In this document: in pieces, positions 61,301 to 64,000 of the stretch | Numbering within the stretch: the first letter of the stretch is position 1 | Layout of the letters: each line of letters starts with the position of its first letter | NCBI GenBank assembly: GCA_964016885.1 | Contig: CAXHJY010001242.1 | Coordinates: forward strand, 1-64,000 | Length of the DNA: 64,000 nucleotides | DNA from: Eledone cirrhosa | Taxonomy: Eukaryota | Direction: 5' to 3' | Program-made: the position numbers and the translations under genes | The notes under the pieces: model-generated | Database searches by the model: none | Seen by the model: only the letters and a program-made list of their open reading frames with translations | Told to the model about the DNA's origin: nothing

Positions 61301-61793
61301 ATGCCGAGAAAAGCGTTTAATATCCTACATTTTGTATAGCACTTCCTAAATAAGATACGTTTCCTGAAAGTATGCCATTTTGAACAAATATCTATATTCG
61401 CAGGTAATTGGGACAACTCTGGATATCTTTACGGAAACATCCCTTTTCTCCTGTAGCTATAGTGTATCACAGTAGGTTCATTGCATCAGTGCTTTAGAAT
61501 TATAACAATCGGGACAGTTGACTGTAAAATAAGATTCATAGATAAGATGAGCAATCCCGCACTAATTCGGTACCAGCAATTATGGAATTGGAATAATAAT
61601 TGGGTCTTGGATTTATAAAGAAATATATTCTATACTAACCGAATAATTATTTTTTTTACATTATTTTAGTCATTACATAAAATAAAAATAAGTTGACGTG
61701 GTTCCTTTATATGTCTAAATAATATTGTTTGTAGACCACAAATCATATTTTCGGACAGAAATAAAAAAGCGTTATATATATATATATATATGA

Positions 61794-61832
<39 letters not shown>

Positions 61833-61887
61833 TCCCGGGTTCAATTGAGGGTAACCACAGTAAGTAAGGTATTCAATACATAGTAGA

Positions 61888-61926
<39 letters not shown>

Positions 61927-61929
<3 letters not shown>

Positions 61930-62832
61930 GAGGGCAATCCCAATAGTAACGTTTCTAAAGCAATGGGGACGCAGAGAAACTGTTCATACGGCTGTTGGCA
62001 ACACCGTTGTGATTGGTCTTCCTTCACTCCCAATGAAGCATGCGCGCGCATTACTGGGATGCTCAATCTTGGCTTGGCAGCCGTTGAGAATGGAGCTCCC
62101 GTTGAACGCTACCACCAAGTGCGAAGTTCGCGCACTTATTCGGTTTTTGAACGCAAGAGGCGTTGAACCGATAGAAATTCATCGCCAATTGACGGAAGTG
62201 TATGGACAGTCGTGCATGGATGTCAAAAACGTTCGCAAGTGGCGTAGAGAGTTTACAGCCGGTCGTACTGAAATTCACGACGAACAAATAAGCGGGAGAC
62301 CGTACTTTCTGACGAGACAATCGCAAAGGTTGAGGAAAACAAGCATAAAGATCGGCGGATCACTCTGGATGCTCTCGGCATTTTAGTTCCTGAGGTTTCC
62401 CGAAGCACCATCCACAGGATTTTAACGGAGAAGTTGCGACTGTCTCGTCGGAAATTGATGGTCTCCCGCTCCTTTGTTCGTCGTGGATTTCAGTACAACC
62501 GGCTGTAAGCTCTCTACGCCACTTGCGAACGTTGTTGACATCCATGCACGACTGTCCATACACTTCCGTCAATTGGCGATGAATTTCAATCGGTTCAAAG
62601 CCTTTTGCGTTCAAAAACCGAATAACCGCGCGAACTTCGCACTTGACGGTAGCGTTCAACGGGAGCTCTATTCTCAACGGCTGCCAAGCCAAATTTGAGC
62701 ATCCCAGCGAAGCGCACGCATGCTTGATTGGGAGTGAAAGAAGCACCAATCACAACAGTGTTGACAACAACCGTACGAACAATTTCTCTGCGTCCCCATC
62801 GATTTGGAGACCTTAATTTTGGGATTGCCCTC

Positions 62833-62835
<3 letters not shown>
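61927..62835. mobile_element. Mariner-derived foldback made of two inverted left ends
   Basis: TACGAGGG...CCCTCGTA termini in (TA)n. Both arms encode the mariner N-terminal HTH (CEVRA.IRFL...EIHRQL.EVYG...SGRP). No DD34D domain. Confidence 0.9.
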
Positions 62836-62897
<62 letters not shown>

Positions 62898-63065
62898 GAT
62901 TTAACTCGAAAGTAGAGTTTTGAAACGCGAGTGTATAGGAATCTCAGGAAAAATGGGAAAACTCGGCGTATGGAAGTTGTTAGAACAGCAAAACACCATC
63001 AAAACGGCGTTGGGTAAAATATTAAATCGAAGGACTGAGATCAGCGGCGAGATGTGAATTGGTGT

Positions 63066-63132
<67 letters not shown>

Positions 63133-64000
63133 TATATACATATATGTATACATACATATATGTATACATACATACTTAGGTTTGAAAACGTGTGCTTGCC
63201 TGAGTGTTTCTGGTAAAGATAGGTCAATAACTAATTGACTCAGATGTTACTTTATTAATTGTCCATCTGTAAAAGAGCAAGCTGTCAACTTTAAAATAAA
63301 ACATGACATATTAAATATATAACTGAGACTTCTCTAAATAAAATAATGTTTCTGCCTCTATGTATAGAGAGGTAGTCATTACCTCTCTCTGTATATACAC
63401 GATTCCATTTCAGATCCAGGTGCCTGCTCAACAAGAAAGATTAACAAACCTGCCCCAACACTTAATTTTAGATCTTTAATTTTTAATTATTTTTAGTTCC
63501 TTTTAATTGAAATACTTACATTTGATAAGATGATTTTCACTGATACATCGAAACGGGTTATATTTTATATATTCTATATATATTATATAACTCTTCTTTT
63601 CAATAATGTGACTGAAACAGATCCAAGGTTCGATCTGTATCGATCTAGCCTGACTCTGTAATCAACGGCTCGTCAGGATATATATATATATACTTATCCT
63701 CTATATTTGCCTGCTCGGTTATTTTCTCTTTCTAATCGTGTTTCTGTACATTTACATTTATTTCTGTCTATCTGCATCCTATCTCTTTATATTTCTTCCG
63801 CTCGACCCCTTCTGCATATGTGTGTGGGCGTGTGTGTGCGTTTGTGTGCGCGTTTGTGTGTGCCTTTCTGTTTTTCTGTCTACATGCCTTTCTTTCTCTC
63901 TGATCCCTTCATATTTATTATATACCTTTCATTATCTATATGAAAGTTTATGCTATTTATGGTTTTGTACGACTAAGAGGAAAATAGACATATCATTTGA

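Noticed and set aside
63520-63680. Hammerhead-like words (ttgataa gatg...catc gaaacggg; minus ctgacga gccg)
   Set aside because: The core is mutated or the partner half is missing; no complete fold.

Overview
AT-rich, repeat-saturated animal genomic DNA with no recognisable host gene. The SINE types and microsatellite load suggest an octopus/cephalopod (inference). Nearly all short ORFs in the track are (TA)n/(CA)n/(TAG)n translation artefacts. The protein-coding content is transposon-derived: two adjacent Penelope-like elements (PLEs) of the Naiad type (A, degenerate, ~5540-13188; B, intact 813-aa RT + GIY-YIG ORF, 13255-22864), each with a multi-kb 5' inverted copy of its own 3' end; two R4/Dong-like REL-endonuclease LINEs in (TAA)n; an RTE LINE with RTE-derived non-autonomous partners; Tx1/L1 and CR1 fragments; a mariner left-end foldback; CAC...GTG MITEs; and tRNA-derived SINEs. 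The main unannotated signal, read by eye, is at least six distinct families of type I hammerhead ribozymes (about 16 copies) in or beside (TA)n tracts. They include a Naiad pLTR hammerhead with a 105-116 nt stem II supported by compensatory changes, one with a branched stem II bounding a 717-nt non-coding unit, and an exact 310-nt tandem unit resembling a circRNA-producing retrozyme. All RNA structures were derived by hand and none is experimentally tested.
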